A stretch of DNA of 64,000 bases from Lama glama (lineage: Eukaryota), in the NCBI GenBank assembly GCA_028534125.1, contig CM052817.1, positions 68,264,001 to 68,328,000 of the forward strand, read 5' to 3'. Shown here piece by piece: positions 1 to 12,589 of the stretch. Every line of letters begins with the position of its first letter. Position 1 is the stretch's first letter. The notes below the pieces were generated by a model. It ran no database searches, had not been told where the DNA came from, and was given only the letters and a program-made list of their open reading frames with translations. A program made the translations under genes and the position numbers.

Positions 1-1589
1 TGGCACAAAAATTTTAATTCTTCATCCCCAGATCTTCGTTAGAGCACAGCCATTAGCTAGCCTTGCTACTTCTACTCATTTTTTCTCTGTCTGGGAGGCT
101 TTTTATTCATTCATATATTTCCAAATTCTATCAAGACCCAGCTCAAATACCACTTTCATGCGGACTCTACTCACAGCTAGTGTGTCCTTCCCCAACTGCC
201 CCAGTACTACTAAAAATCTTGCCCCCTAGGATATCTCAAAGTGCTTTCTCATGGTACTGGAATTTCCTACCTTGAACCATACTTTTTTGGGGGCACATGT
301 GTTATATTCTCTATAAAACTCTGAGTACTTTAAGGGGAGAGGCTAGCTTTCTTGCCTATCACTTTGCTATTTTGCAAAGTACCACAAAATAACGGCTATA
401 GAATTACTAGAGATCAAAGTATAATGGCCTTTCCTCTCCTACACAATTTTAAACATTTCCAAAGTCCCTTCGCCAAAAGCAACAAAAAAGAAACTGAAAG
501 CCATCCCACCCCGCCAAAATCCTCAAACATCAAAAAGCAAAAACAATACAAAACAAAAAAACACCGCTTTCATGACTGGGGACTTGTACAATGTTCCTAT
601 CTGCAACTCTCTTCGCAATTCTTTATCTGACTTAAATTCAGTAATCCCACCAGATTGTAAACTCCATGCAATCAGGGGCTTGTTTTATTCACTGTTATAT
701 ACCTAGTGCTCGGAATTTAATAAATTCTCAAAAAATTTGTTGAGAGAATGAAGTAGGTTTCGTTTAAATGTCACTTTCTAGGGCTCCTGTGATTTCTCCA
801 ACTTAAATTAGGCATTCACATATAAATATATGCTTTCCTCTAGATCCCATTTCCCACCCTACATGCCAATCTTCTAAAAAGTCCAAAACTGACAATTTGC
901 ATCTGTATGAGATGAAGGAAATTGAACCTCATCACGCAGAGTTCAGTATTAGGGTTGCCATCTCATAACGGCTCTAGAAAGCTTTGCCTCTTTTGTCTTT
1001 GCAAGCTCTTGCAACTCCTTCTAATAAACAGGCTTTCAAAGATGCTGCCCTTTTCATTCGTCCACTGAGTTCTGGGTCCTGGATTACACTGATACCTTAG
1101 GCACACGTCTGGAAACGTAGAGGCGGAAAGACCTTGAATCCAAACCAACCAAGTAATAGAGAATATGAAAATCAGCCGCAGCGGCTCAGAAAAGGAATGC
1201 CAATCTTCAGACTGAAGGCAGGACACCCCGAAGGCCTAGCACGGGGTAAGGTCCTTGACTTGTGAGCCCGAGAGAAGGTGAGGCAGAACGAGGGAGGTGT
1301 ACAGAAATGTCATCAAAACCTTCCGAGGAAGGTCCGAGACAGGGTTCCAAGGACCTGGTCCCTGGGGCCGTGCCCCTAGTCCGCGTGCCCCACACGCAAC
1401 ACCCTCACAATCCTCAGTGAAAGGGGAGAGTGTTCAGCCTGGGCACTCGACCACCTGCAAATTACGAGGTTCCCCTACAGGGAAGGAGGAAACTAAGACC
1501 TCACGGAACTAACTCTCCCACTTTGCCCCTCGAGAAGGCCTCGAGGCTCCCGGAGGCGGCTGGGAGCCGAGGAGCTCGTCTCAACTCAC

Positions 1590-1700
1590 CGCTCCGCCCG
1601 GGTGCTCCGTCGGTTCCCGGTAGCCAGACGAACCGGTCCTGCACCGGCGGGTTCCGACAGTGAGAAAACAAAGGTTCCCACATCAGGGTCGACGGAGGAA
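1590..1700 (-). other. INTS12: Probable non-coding exon 1 of INTS12 (5' end approximate)
   Basis: Minus-strand donor CGG|GTGAGT (plus ACTCAC 1584-1589). Identity rests on known INTS12/GSTCD synteny; no INTS12 coding sequence is in the window. Confidence 0.55.
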
Positions 1701-1720
1701 TCTTTTGGCTGTGCGACGCT

Positions 1721-1749
1721 AGGAAGTGACGTAATTCCTCTCCTTCCGG
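1721..1749. promoter_or_regulatory. ETS-CRE-ETS motif cluster
   Basis: AGGAAGTGACGTAATTCCT (1721-1739): GGAAGT overlapping TGACGTAA, flanked by inverted AGGAA/TTCCT. CTTCCGG (minus-strand CCGGAAG) at 1743-1749. Confidence 0.7.
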
Positions 1750-1963
1750 TCCGCCGGATTATGAATGACGGACAGTTGTGCTGTTACCCTGATGCGCTGC
1801 CTGCTGTTTCTCTCCGGTCTCGTGGGCTGCGAATGGTCAGCGGGTGAAGACTCCCTGAAGCAGCCTCGCGAATCCCGGCTCCGGCGGGGCGGGAATGCGC
1901 TGGCGGCCCGTGTCGCCGACACACTCACGCACCCTCCCTGCCTGGCCGCGCCTCTGCGACCAG
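1750..1963 (+). other. GSTCD: GSTCD non-coding exon 1 (TSS approximate)
   Basis: Strong donor CAG|GTAAGG at 1963/1964 inside the CpG island; GC box GGGGCGGG at 1886-1893. Confidence 0.7.
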
Positions 1964-4099
1964 GTAAGGAGGGCGCTCGGGCCGCCGGTTCCGCAGTCTC
2001 CGCGACCCCGCCGAGACTCCTCTTTGCATCCGGGGCGACAGGGTCGACGATGCGGGAAGGGTGGGGAGGGTGGAGAGGGCCGGGCCCCGTCTCAGTTTTC
2101 CCAAGGCCAGTCCTCATGGCTTCCTCTAGTGATGGGGAAATGGAACAACTTCCAGTCGCAGGAGTCTGTGGGGTCGTTTGCCATTTGCTGCTTAGGGTAG
2201 TTTCAAGACCTCTTGGGTCGCGCTTTAACTTCTTTTTACCCCCACTTTGTTTTCCATTCTAGCCCTTCCTTATTGGAGAAAGACCTTGTATGTGAATACT
2301 TCCTAACAGTTGCTCCAAAGAACTTACTTCATTTGGGGCCATTTGTTTCTGTTACACTGTCAAAGCAGTGTTTTACTTTGGTTTTAAACTTCTATAGAAA
2401 GTTTGAGTTAAACTTGCATGAAAGTTGCTTTGACTTCAAAAACGTTTACAACTACATGTACTTCCCAAAGCGACTCTACCTGGTTTGGATTAGGTGGCTT
2501 CATTTTTTCCCCCTTTATTCTCAAATGTCATGATCCCTTAATGGCCATCATCCCATTCCTTGTCATAAGTTCTTGAATGTCAAGGAAATGCCAACATTTA
2601 ATAATATATCTTGTCCTAAATTATTGATAAAGTAGGCAGAGTACTACTTTTTTCTAAGCTTATCGAGAAACAGCGTTTAAAGGAGAAAATACCAAAGCTG
2701 GCAAGAACTAGTGGCGTGACAATTTTAAACATTAACCATGGCCGTTAAATATTGTGAAAATAAATTCTTTGTTATAACTATAACTGAGTGATTTGCTGTC
2801 GTATTTAATAAGTACTTAATAAATCACACACTAAGCTCTGTGACTTTAAAAAACTGCCTGGTGGATAGTATACATTACTGATGATTGCCTTAAGCATAGT
2901 CGTTTGAAATTATGTTTGAGTCATACTTGAAAGCATCATTTTAAGAAGCCTAACTTCAAAAATAAATCTGTGTCCAAAGCAGTGAGATTTGAAAATTAAT
3001 CAGTTCCTTTGTTTGTTTGTTTTACACTCCTGTTAACATGTTTGCCTGCTCTAAACAAAACTCAGACTTGAACTTCTGCAGTAGTGGGCCCATCAAGCTT
3101 GTTTTTTTGTGTTTTGGCGGGGGGGGGGTGGCGGGGTAGGGGGGGTTCTGGTTTGTTTTTGTTTTAGCCTGTGTTTACTGTGTAGCTTTTGTATTGCCTG
3201 TGGCTTGAAATAATAAATACTGAATATCCAATTGGCCTTCCAGTAGCACAATTTAGCAGACCTTGAAGCTTAACAAATTCTGAGGCCAGTCAACTAAAAC
3301 ATCTATAGTATAAACAGCTCCTTAGTATATGTTGTTTTTATCTTCAGGTTTTCAAAGTAGCCTACTGAATTCTGTTTTGATTAGTACTTGGAAAGCAAGG
3401 TTTTAAACCATTTAGATCATAATAAGCAGGAGTATTGTTTGCTATGGGGATTCAGTAATTTTATTTCAGGCTTGCTGATGTGTTTTTAACATGTTAGCAT
3501 TCGTGCTGTAGGTCCTTATTAATTATAAGGTCAGGCTTAGCTGCAAGCATTATGATTCTTTGGCAACAGATGATTCCCTGATTCTCCAGAGAGAAGATGA
3601 CACACTTCCCTTATGGCTAAGGTTATAGTAAGCTTTTTTTACTTTTAAACTTTTTTCCCCCCACATCTTGCCCAAATAAGAAAACAGCTAATTTTAATAA
3701 TAGAATTTTGTCCTCTAAGACTTAACGATATATATTCCCACATTACCTAGTGTAACGAGCACTGAAATAGCTCAGTTTCTTTTCTTTCATTTTTTAACCT
3801 TTAATATCTGAAGTAATAGCTGCTAACTAATGCTGTAGAGACAAACTTTTTAAAAAATCTATCTTATTGAAAGAAAATAGTGAGATTTACAACCAAGTAC
3901 TGTGATTTTTAATGTATAAAACACAAGCTAAGTTCTAATTTTCATAATGTTGAACATTTGATGTAGTAGGGAATTTAAGTGAGTTTCAATTTTAATCTTT
4001 AAGAAAAATAAGAGTTTATAATTTTTTCATACTTGTTAACTGCTTTAAACGATTTGTTTTGTACAATATAAGCAGCTATTATTACTGCTGACATCTTTC

Positions 4100-4720
4100 C
4101 AGAACAGTGGGGAGAACTGGCCAGAGAGAAGGGAGCAAGAGGGAGGAGTGGTAAGAGTTCAGGTCAGAGAAAAAGGACAGCTGGGTCACATCAGGCCCTA
4201 GAGACCATGATAGGAAATTTGGATTTTATTCTAAGTGTGCTGGGGAGTCATTGGATGGTTGTGAGCAGCGGACATGCTCTGATTTATGTCTTTAAAAGGT
4301 CACCCTGACTATTGTTGGAGAATGGACTGTTGTGTGGAGAGTTGGGAAAAATAGTTAATAGGCTTTTGTGGTGGTCTTTGTAAGACCTAATGATGACTTA
4401 GACTAAGGTGATATTGGTAGAGGTGCTAAGAAGTTAGATTTAGCATATATTTCAAAGGTAGAAATAGGGTAAGAGAGAAAAGAAAGGTGTTGAGTGAGGC
4501 TTCAGAATTATGGACCTGAGCATCTGGGTAAACGGTGTTGCCTTTTTATCATAAAGGGGACTACTTGAAGAAAGAAGAACAGGTTTATAAAACTGCCCAA
4601 GTGAAGATGCCAAGTAGTATATAGGAGTCTGAAGTTCAGGGGAAAGGTTGTGGCTAAGATAAATATAGGAGTCATAGATGTTATTTAAACCTATAGCACT
4701 GTAAATCACCTTGGACAGTG
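4100..4720 (-). mobile_element. Ancient LINE-2 fragment
   Basis: Purine-rich decayed sequence with L2-like phrases (tttggattttattctaagtg; ggacctgagcatctgggtaaa). Recognised by eye. Confidence 0.55.
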
Positions 4721-4783
4721 CTGTTATAGAGTGAGTTGTGGCCCATGGGTCATGGAATCAATTTAGTGAGTACTAACTGCATT

Positions 4784-4785
<2 letters not shown>

Positions 4786-4831
<46 letters not shown>
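4786..4831. repeat. (AC)23 microsatellite
   Basis: Perfect dinucleotide run. Confidence 0.98.
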
Positions 4832-4834
<3 letters not shown>

Positions 4835-7763
4835 GGAGAAGAAAGAAAAAGCAGAGTAAACTATCATATGTATCTCCTGTGGTAGGGTATCTCTTCATGA
4901 TTCTTTTGTTTCAGTTGCATTCAGTGTATAATAACATATTAGAAAGTTGATTTCTTATTGTGTGGCATGATCAAAAATTTGAAAGCCAGTAGTCAAAGGA
5001 GTGAGTATAAGTTAAGAATAGGGCAAAGCACTGAGCTACAGGTCACTAAGAGGTCTGAGGAGAATCCAATAAAGGAAACTGGAAAGGAACTACCAAAAAA
5101 CATAATCCAGTGCTGAGAATTATTAAGTAACTCTACCTTTAGGATGGAGGGTTTTTTTAATCAAGGACAATTGCTTAGAATAACATATTTCTGATGATTT
5201 TCACTTTGGGGAAATTGTTGCTGCAATAAAATTGCTTCAAAAATGGTTCAATTTATGAAGTTCATGAAGTAGTGCTATTTATATTAGAAAAATACCTGTT
5301 CCTTAATGTTGTCAAATAAAATCCCTTTATAGAATCCATTAATGCTTTTGGATTGATATACAGTTCTTATCCATGTAATGAAAGTAGAATGTACTTTTAA
5401 GGATTGAGTAATGTATAAAAGCTCTGTGTGCTGAGCACATAGTTGGTGGACAATAAAATGTAGGTAATATTATTTAGAATTGTATTCTTTGTTCATTTAA
5501 CATTTATTAAGTTCTTATCAAATTCCAGGCACAGTAATAATTTCTTGTTTAAAAACTAATCAGCTGGTCAATATTTTGTTGCAGTTATGTATTTTTGGTC
5601 TTTATTATATTAATATATAACTTACCTGTTATATAATATTTAGTTGCCATAGATCCAGACTTGAATTTTGAGCACAAAAGTTTCAAGCTGTTTTGCAGCT
5701 TCTGGAGAAGTATGCTTTTCCCCCCCAATGTTTATTGTTTTTTTTTTCTTACTCTCTCTCTCTATGTATGTGTGTATATATACACACACACATACACATA
5801 TGCACAGAGTAAAGTAGTAAAATGGTTTCAGATAAGAAAACACCTATAAAATTCACTGCCCCTTTCATAGGGGAAAATTTTATCAACACCAAGATATATT
5901 AATTAGAATGAGAATGCAAAAATGTCTGAATTCCTAAAATATTAAACCTGTGACTACTTCATTTGTTTGTAAATATCTTTAAAGTAATGATACCAAGTTA
6001 TGATACCAAGGCTCAAATATTTTCTTTTTACCTTTTATTCCCTCTGCAACATTCCCAAGCAAACTGGCCTGTCCGGGGAAGAGATGCACACTGCATCAGC
6101 TCTGTTCAGCATCTCAAGTTTGTGGTTTTGTCTGCTGCTTTCTCACTCCATCTCAGGAGTAGTTGCAGTGTGGCACCTGTCAAAGCTGAGAAAGAGAAAA
6201 TGACAGACACTGCTTCTGTGCTTGGCAGGAATGTAATACGGAGTAACAGGAGCTATGCCCCAAGCCTTGTATTGGAGACCCAAAAGGTGATTCTACAGTA
6301 TCTACCTTTTTAAAGCTCATGACATAAAAGTAATGAGATGAGGAATTCTCTAGTTAGAAATGGAGGAAAAAAGAAAAAAAAGAAGGATTTCTTTTCCCTA
6401 TGGTATCTGCAAACTTTAAGCAAAAACTGTGTTCTACTTTCTTAAAAAACTAAAGACACAGTACAAGACAAAAACATATATCAGATTTTTACAGGTTTGC
6501 TAATACTGAATATTTATTTCAGAAATTACATTAGTACTTAATGTGGAGAAATTGCCCAGGGAGAGTATTTTTTTTTAACTCCAAGATCATTAAGTAACAT
6601 TTTTAATCTCCAGGGTGGAGAGGGAAGCCCACCAACATCTATATTAAAAAATAAATGAATTATGATAAGAATCAACAGCACTTTGCATTTTCTCTCAGGC
6701 ATCTCATTAATTTTTAGATATCTCGATGGGCAGGTTATTGCTGTTCTGGTTTGTTGACATTTAGCACTTATTAAATGCTCACAATGAAAAAAAGTTTGTA
6801 GAATGTGTAAAAGTTAATCCTCAAGATTCTTACGTGCTTCAGGAAATGGCAAATATACATGTACTCTAATTTTAAAAAATGTTTCCACATACACGAAATC
6901 AAAGGCTGTAAGATAGTATGACAGTATGACATTGTTTTTAGTTTTTAGGTTTTTTTTTAAGTGTTAGCAGGACTAGACTCTGAGTACTATTTCCTAGACA
7001 AATGAGGAACTTGATTATGTTTTCTTTCAAATCTACTTCTTAGGGAAGTAAGTGGAGTTTCTTTATAGTTTCCCACTGCTAGCAAAGGAAATTAAGAGGA
7101 TTGGTAAATTAATCAGCAATAGAATTATAGGGGCAAACTCTCCAAAGAGACTACCAGTTTTCTACATAATGTTGATTTCTTTTGCCTGTGAACTTTAGCA
7201 AACACTCTTTAATATTTTGTTTAATCTTTTGTTTTCCAATCAGTTCTAGGTGGGAAAAAAAAAATCCAAAAGATAATTAACTTAGCTCAGGGAGAAAACG
7301 GTTTACATGGGTTAAAGAATTGTGGCTTTTAATTACATGGAATAATTTTCCTCTGGATAATCTTTTAAAGAAGTAACAAATCATAGTGCAGATCTGTTAT
7401 GTTTTAAGGAAAGACATATAATATAAAACACTCATTATCAAGAGGTTTTCTAAGGCAGTACTTTACTAATTATATCCCTTTGTTATAATGGGTTATTAGC
7501 CCTTTAACAAAAAAGTTGAGGACCAAAATTAAAGAGTTCTTGACTATTTTGCTTTTGACGTTTTAAAAAAAAAATCTAAGGAATTTAGAATATAAAGGAA
7601 ATTTGGTAAGTTGAAGTTTCCTAAAATTTAGGGTACACCAATATTTCAAATATACTTAAAAGAGTTGCTTGTGTACTTTTTAAAGTCTTTTAAAATATTT
7701 TTAAAAATAATTTTAAATATTTTTTCCTTTAATATACCATTATATGGTAAATGCTTTTAAAGG

Positions 7764-7793
7764 GTGCCATCTAGTGTCAGTTCTGGAATTGTG
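7764..7793 (-). promoter_or_regulatory. Candidate CTCF site in GSTCD intron 1
   Basis: Minus strand ACACTAGATGGCAC closely matches the CTCF core; CACAATTCC just upstream resembles the auxiliary upstream motif. Confidence 0.5.
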
Positions 7794-8029
7794 ATTTATG
7801 GATTAGAACATGGGGAGTTTTAGACCCACGAAATGTAGAAATCAAACAAAAAGTCATAATTGACCTAAACCTTAAGGACTATGACTTGAAAACACCCATC
7901 AATAATTTGACCACAAGATTGTGTATGTTTGCATCTTTAAAATGTGTATTTGTCCATGCATTCATTGAATACTTCTTGATATATATAGATATATATATGT
8001 GTGTGTGTATATATATGTATGTATATATA

Positions 8030-8860
8030 GATAAATCTTGCCCTGTTTTAGGTGAAGCAGTGAACAAAGCAAAATTTGTACTCTCTAGAACATTCTATTG
8101 GGAAGACAAAATAAATCTATAGTATGTTACAATAGTGATAAATGCTGTGAAGACAAGCATTAAAGGGAATAGAAAGGTTTTTTTCAGGGAGTTTGCAAGT
8201 TAAATATGGTAGCCAGGGAATATCTCAAGAAGTTAATATTTGAGTAAATACATGAAGGAGGTGAGAAAGTGTTCAAGGCACTAGAAACATCAAGTACAAA
8301 GGCCTTGAGGTGGGTATGTACCTAGTGTTTTAGAGGAACAACAAGCCACATCTGCTGGAGCTGTGAGCTAAGAGGACAGTTGAACTCAGAGATATAGAAA
8401 GAGGATTAGATCAAGGAGATCTTTGCAGGAGATTTGCCTTTTCTCTGAGTAGGATGGGAAGACATTAGAGGATTTGAAAAGAGGCATGACATGATCTTAT
8501 TCCATTTTTAACAGTATCATTGGTTACTATGTTGAGAATAGACTAGAGGATGGAAAGCAGGATTAGGAGGCAATTGCTGTAATTCAGAAGAAAGTGATGG
8601 CTTGGATGACAGTGGAAGCAATGAAGATGGAATGAAATGATCAGATTCTAGGTATATGTTGAATGTAGTGTCAAATAAATTTTTAATGGATTGGTTATGG
8701 GGATGGGAAAGAAAAGAGTAATTAAGACTGACTCTAGGTTTTGGCCTGAAGGATGGTGCCCCATTAACTGAAATGGGGAAGATACATGAGGAGCAGGTTT
8801 TGTGGGTAGCAGGAGAATAAGGAACTTGATTTTGGACATACTAACTTTGAAATATCTCAG
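8030..8860 (-). mobile_element. LINE-2 fragment
   Basis: L2-like phrases (caagtacaaaggccttgaggtggg; gaacttgattttggacatactaactttgaaat). Confidence 0.6.
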
Positions 8861-9444
8861 TCATCAACATCTAAGTTATGAAGAATTTCAGATATTTTTT
8901 CTGTTGTGATTCAGCATGCAATAGTTCATCATGTCAAACTCCACTGTAGGAGAATCCATTTTTCATGAGGGAATGAATATATCTCCCACCCTCCACCCCC
9001 AAATATTATATTTTAGGGTCATTAAACAGAAGTAATATGGAAGGACCAGCATTAACAAAGCTTCTTGTAGCTGTTATCCCCAGACACCTCTAGGTATTCT
9101 TGGTAATGTCTTATGTCCCATCCTAATCATCTTTTTTTCTGACCATAGTGAGACCTCAAAGTACTAGACTGGGAGGGTTCTATTGCAAAGCACTTGAGGT
9201 ATGCTCATTTTAAAGGGGCTGGGTATAAAATCAGCCTTAAGACTGGTTAATTGCACAGGGTGGAAATCTTTCTTTTGGAAGCCATTTATTCAGTCCGAGC
9301 ACAGATTCTTTTGGAAACATACCTATCACAAATCCTTGATGATTTCTAGAAAAATTCATCTTTTATTTTAGTTTCACAATTATTATGTTCTAAGTCCTAT
9401 AACCTCTTCAATTTATGCTTCAGGTAACCCAATGAAAGAAGAAA

Positions 9445-9864
9445 ATGAAAGGCATTAAGAAGAGTCTTACAGAAGAATATCTATACTTGGATTTTTCTCA
9501 CCACATAGAAGGGTTCATCTTTCCTCTTCATACATCTGTAACTTTATTTTTGTTATCATACTGTGACTGCAAAATCTTTAAAGTTTGCTTAGTCCCCAAC
9601 AGAGAAAGCACTGATGTTTTACTGCTTAAAAATGTACTGTCTGAGGATGTTGACATACAAATTATTTCAAGGCAAGATCTTCCACCAATAGTCCAGAGTT
9701 GCTGTTTACCTGCAGTAGTAGAAAGACCAGACAGTTTCTGTAGAGCAGGACTTGCTGTTGTACTGAGACATATAATCCAGAAATCATATGAAGCAGACCC
9801 CTCAAAGAAGGAAATTTTGGAACTTCTGGGTTTTAAGAAGACTTGCTTGAAAGCCTGTGCTGAA
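9445..9864 (+). CDS. GSTCD: GSTCD exon 2 coding part (exon starts 9424), codons 1-140
   Basis: MKGIKKSLTEEYLYLDFSH...LLGFKKTCLKACAE matches the GSTCD N-terminus. Acceptor ttcag|9424, in-frame upstream TGA 9433-9435, donor GAA|GTAAGT, phase 0. Confidence 0.97.
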
Positions 9865-10470
9865 GTAAGTATAATGTCTCTTTTCTGTTATTTAAAGCCA
9901 TAAAGTTCACTTGAATATTTATTTTAACTTTCCATTAGAAACTTCAAATTTAATGTACTTAAAAAAACTACAGCAACCAATGAAATACGCAGCCCTCTGC
10001 GTATACCGATATTTCAGTGCAGTGTTGAAAAACAAGAATTTAAGATTTAATTTATGAGGTTTAGAGACATTATTTTTAGGGAATGACTTCTTTTTTTACC
10101 TTTTAATTATGTTAAGGATTTTTAAAGGAAATTTTACATATGATCAGGAGCAGAAGTAGCAATGTTTCGGAAACCCAGCTTTTTTAGTGGGGAATGTACT
10201 TTAAAGGTTTTGGGAAGCAAGAATTTATTCAGTAAGAGGATACAGAAAGATAGTATGTATTATACAGGAGTGCTAAACCTCCATTGTTTAATGTTATCAC
10301 TTCTGAAGCACTGTAATATGTCTCTTGATAGAACATAAAAGCCTCGCCCAGGAATGGTTTAGCTCAAGACTTAAATACACCAGACCAGTCTTATTTCCCA
10401 ACAGAAAGTTATTTTTCTTCTAGCTATACTGAAAGTAAATAATCCTGTCATTTCTTGTTTTATTTTGTAG

Positions 10471-10938
10471 GTTAGTCAGTGGACCAGGCTTTGTGAACTT
10501 ACCATCCCTTTAGCTGTTGAGAGTTTTCTCAAAGAATCTTCTGACCAGCCCCCAACTATCCCTGCAGAAATATTAGAGCTAGAAAGAAAGCTTAGTGAGC
10601 CTGTGAGAGTGCATAACGATGACAAACTCCGGCGGCAGAAGCTGAAGCAGCAGAAGGCTGCTGGAGTCAGGCCTTCCCTGGCCAAGGAAAAAGCACAGAG
10701 CAAGGACCACAGACAGGGGTCATCGGAGGAGATGGACTCTTCCCCCGAGAGCCTGGAACTGAAGGTGGCCTTCGCGAAGCTCACAGTACACGAGGACCCT
10801 GCTCCTGCCAACAGGGAGCCTTCTCACATCAGAAAAGCAAAAGCCTCTGACCTTCCACCCCTGGAGCATGTGTTTGCGGAAGGCCTGTACTTCACTCTGG
10901 CAGATATTGTGCTCTTGCCTTGTATCCATCACTTCTTG
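10471..10938 (+). CDS. GSTCD: GSTCD exon 3 (468 nt), running into the GST C-terminal-like domain
   Basis: ttgtag|VSQWTRLCELTIPLA...FAEGLYFTLADIVLLPCIHHFL|gtaagg; open, phase 0-0. Confidence 0.97.
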
Positions 10939-10979
10939 GTAAGGTTTACCAGGAGTGGGTACACTACTAGAAGTTTCAG

Positions 10980-11200
10980 TCTGTAGGACTGCCCAGGTTT
11001 GAATCCCTATTCCTTTTCTTACTATCATTATGCTCCTGGGCAAGTGATTAATATCTTCTCCATTTTCTTATCTGTAAAATAGAGATGATTATAGTACCCA
11101 TCTAATAGGATCCATGTGAAGAACAAATGACAAATTGTTGTAAAGTCTGAACAAATTTTGGCACATGGTTGCTTTCAGTATTGTTACTAATTATTATGAC
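10980..11200 (+). mobile_element. MIR SINE
   Basis: ggtttgaatccc...ctgggcaagtgattaa...ttttcttatctgtaaaatagagatgattatagtac, the MIR core pattern. Confidence 0.7.
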
Positions 11201-12555
11201 TTTTAGTTTTGAGTTGCTAAAATGTTAGCAATTGTTATGATTATTAATTTTAAATTGCTCTTGTGATTACCTGCTAATATTAGAGGTTCCAGTATTAAAA
11301 TACCAAAATCTCTTGTCAACTGTATTTTATAATTAAGTAGTCACTTAAAATACTAATTTCATTATTTTAGATACTAGTAAATCAGAAATATTTTACCCTC
11401 ATCTCTGTGCTCAATAAGATTATATAGCTGGCAGTGGTATTCAGTGTTGTTGGAGATTATAAATGGAAAGTTTTCTCTCCTAGAACAGGTACATATACAT
11501 ATATATGTGTTTGTTTTTTGTTTTTTTTTTTTTTTGTCTTTTGTCTGTCTTTGTAGGTAAAAAAAAAAAAAAAAAAAAAGCTAGAAACACTATCAGAGTG
11601 AACGTGGGAAGCTAGAGCTCTGCAGCTTTCCAGTTGGCTTTCCAGAGCTGGATTTTTCTGCTTTGAAGCATTTCACCCTTTCCTTTCCTAAGGAATCAGA
11701 TATCAGATTTCATTCTGATTATACATCACCAGCACTTCAGGAATCTCTACTGCCAGATGAGAAAAGATTTCTAATGAAAATCTATATATTTGGAGACCAG
11801 TTCCTCACTGATAAGTTAGGTGGTATTAATCAATTGGCATTTTCTTAAAGAATATTTCTCTTCAAAATGGAAACAAAACAATGTTAGAAACCAAAATAAC
11901 TTCAAAATTAAAGGATGTGGAAAAAGAAATATAGGAATCATTTAGACATTGATTAGTATTATAATTGTCATGTGTATTCATGTTGTCCATGGAGCTGGGA
12001 GGGGAGAAAATAGACTATTTTCCCCCTAGTCAAATGATTTCTAAATTCTCTTTATCTCTGATAGTCCTCACCCCCTTAACACCCCACCCCACCCCCATGT
12101 GCTTATTACTTACTTTGGTTATTAGAGCAGTCATATTATGCATATTATGAAATGCGGTTGGTTTTAATGGCTTCCTGATCTTCTTAGATAACTGTTTGTT
12201 CCTAATTTCATAAAAATTAAATCAAAGTGGCATAAACATAGTTCATTCATTTGAGAAATTCATTGAAAGCCTACTACATATGTCAGGCACTGTTGTATGC
12301 ACTAGGAATACAGTGATGAAGAAGACATGTATGATCCCAGCCCATATGGAGTTAATATTCTAGTAGGGGAAGATAAAAATGAAAAAGTAGACAAATAAAT
12401 TACATATATTCAAATAATGGTAAGTGCTACAAGGAAAATAAAACAAGGTGACAGAGAAGACTTGAGTACTTGCTTTCAAATGCAACAAAACATAAAAATT
12501 TGGATTCACCTGCGTAAAGGTGATTTTTAGATCAGTATCCATACATACATGCTGG

Positions 12556-12589
12556 GCAATGGTGGTTCAGTGGTAGAATTCTTGCCTGC
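12556..12589 (+). pseudogene. 5' half of tRNA-Gly(GCC), tail-less retrocopy
   Basis: GCAATGGTGGTTCAGTGGTAGAATTCTTGCCTGC is 32/34 identical to the mammalian tRNA-Gly-GCC 5' end as I recall it. Ends in the anticodon loop. Flanked by 13/15 direct repeats (12536-12550, 12593-12607). Confidence 0.85.

Larger units (their letters stand above)
1500..2100. promoter_or_regulatory. CpG island / bidirectional promoter (INTS12-GSTCD head-to-head)
   Basis: Only GC- and CpG-rich stretch in an AT-rich window. Outward-facing splice donors on both strands (1590 minus, 1963 plus). ETS, CRE and GC-box motifs. Boundaries approximate. Confidence 0.9.

Noticed and set aside
1297..2262. Overlapping 60-165 aa ORFs on both strands at the promoter
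   Set aside because: Expected in GC-rich CpG islands with few stop codons; they run through splice donors and resemble no protein I know.
10476..11043. Minus-strand ORFs of 111 and 107 aa
   Set aside because: Antisense shadows of GSTCD exon 3.
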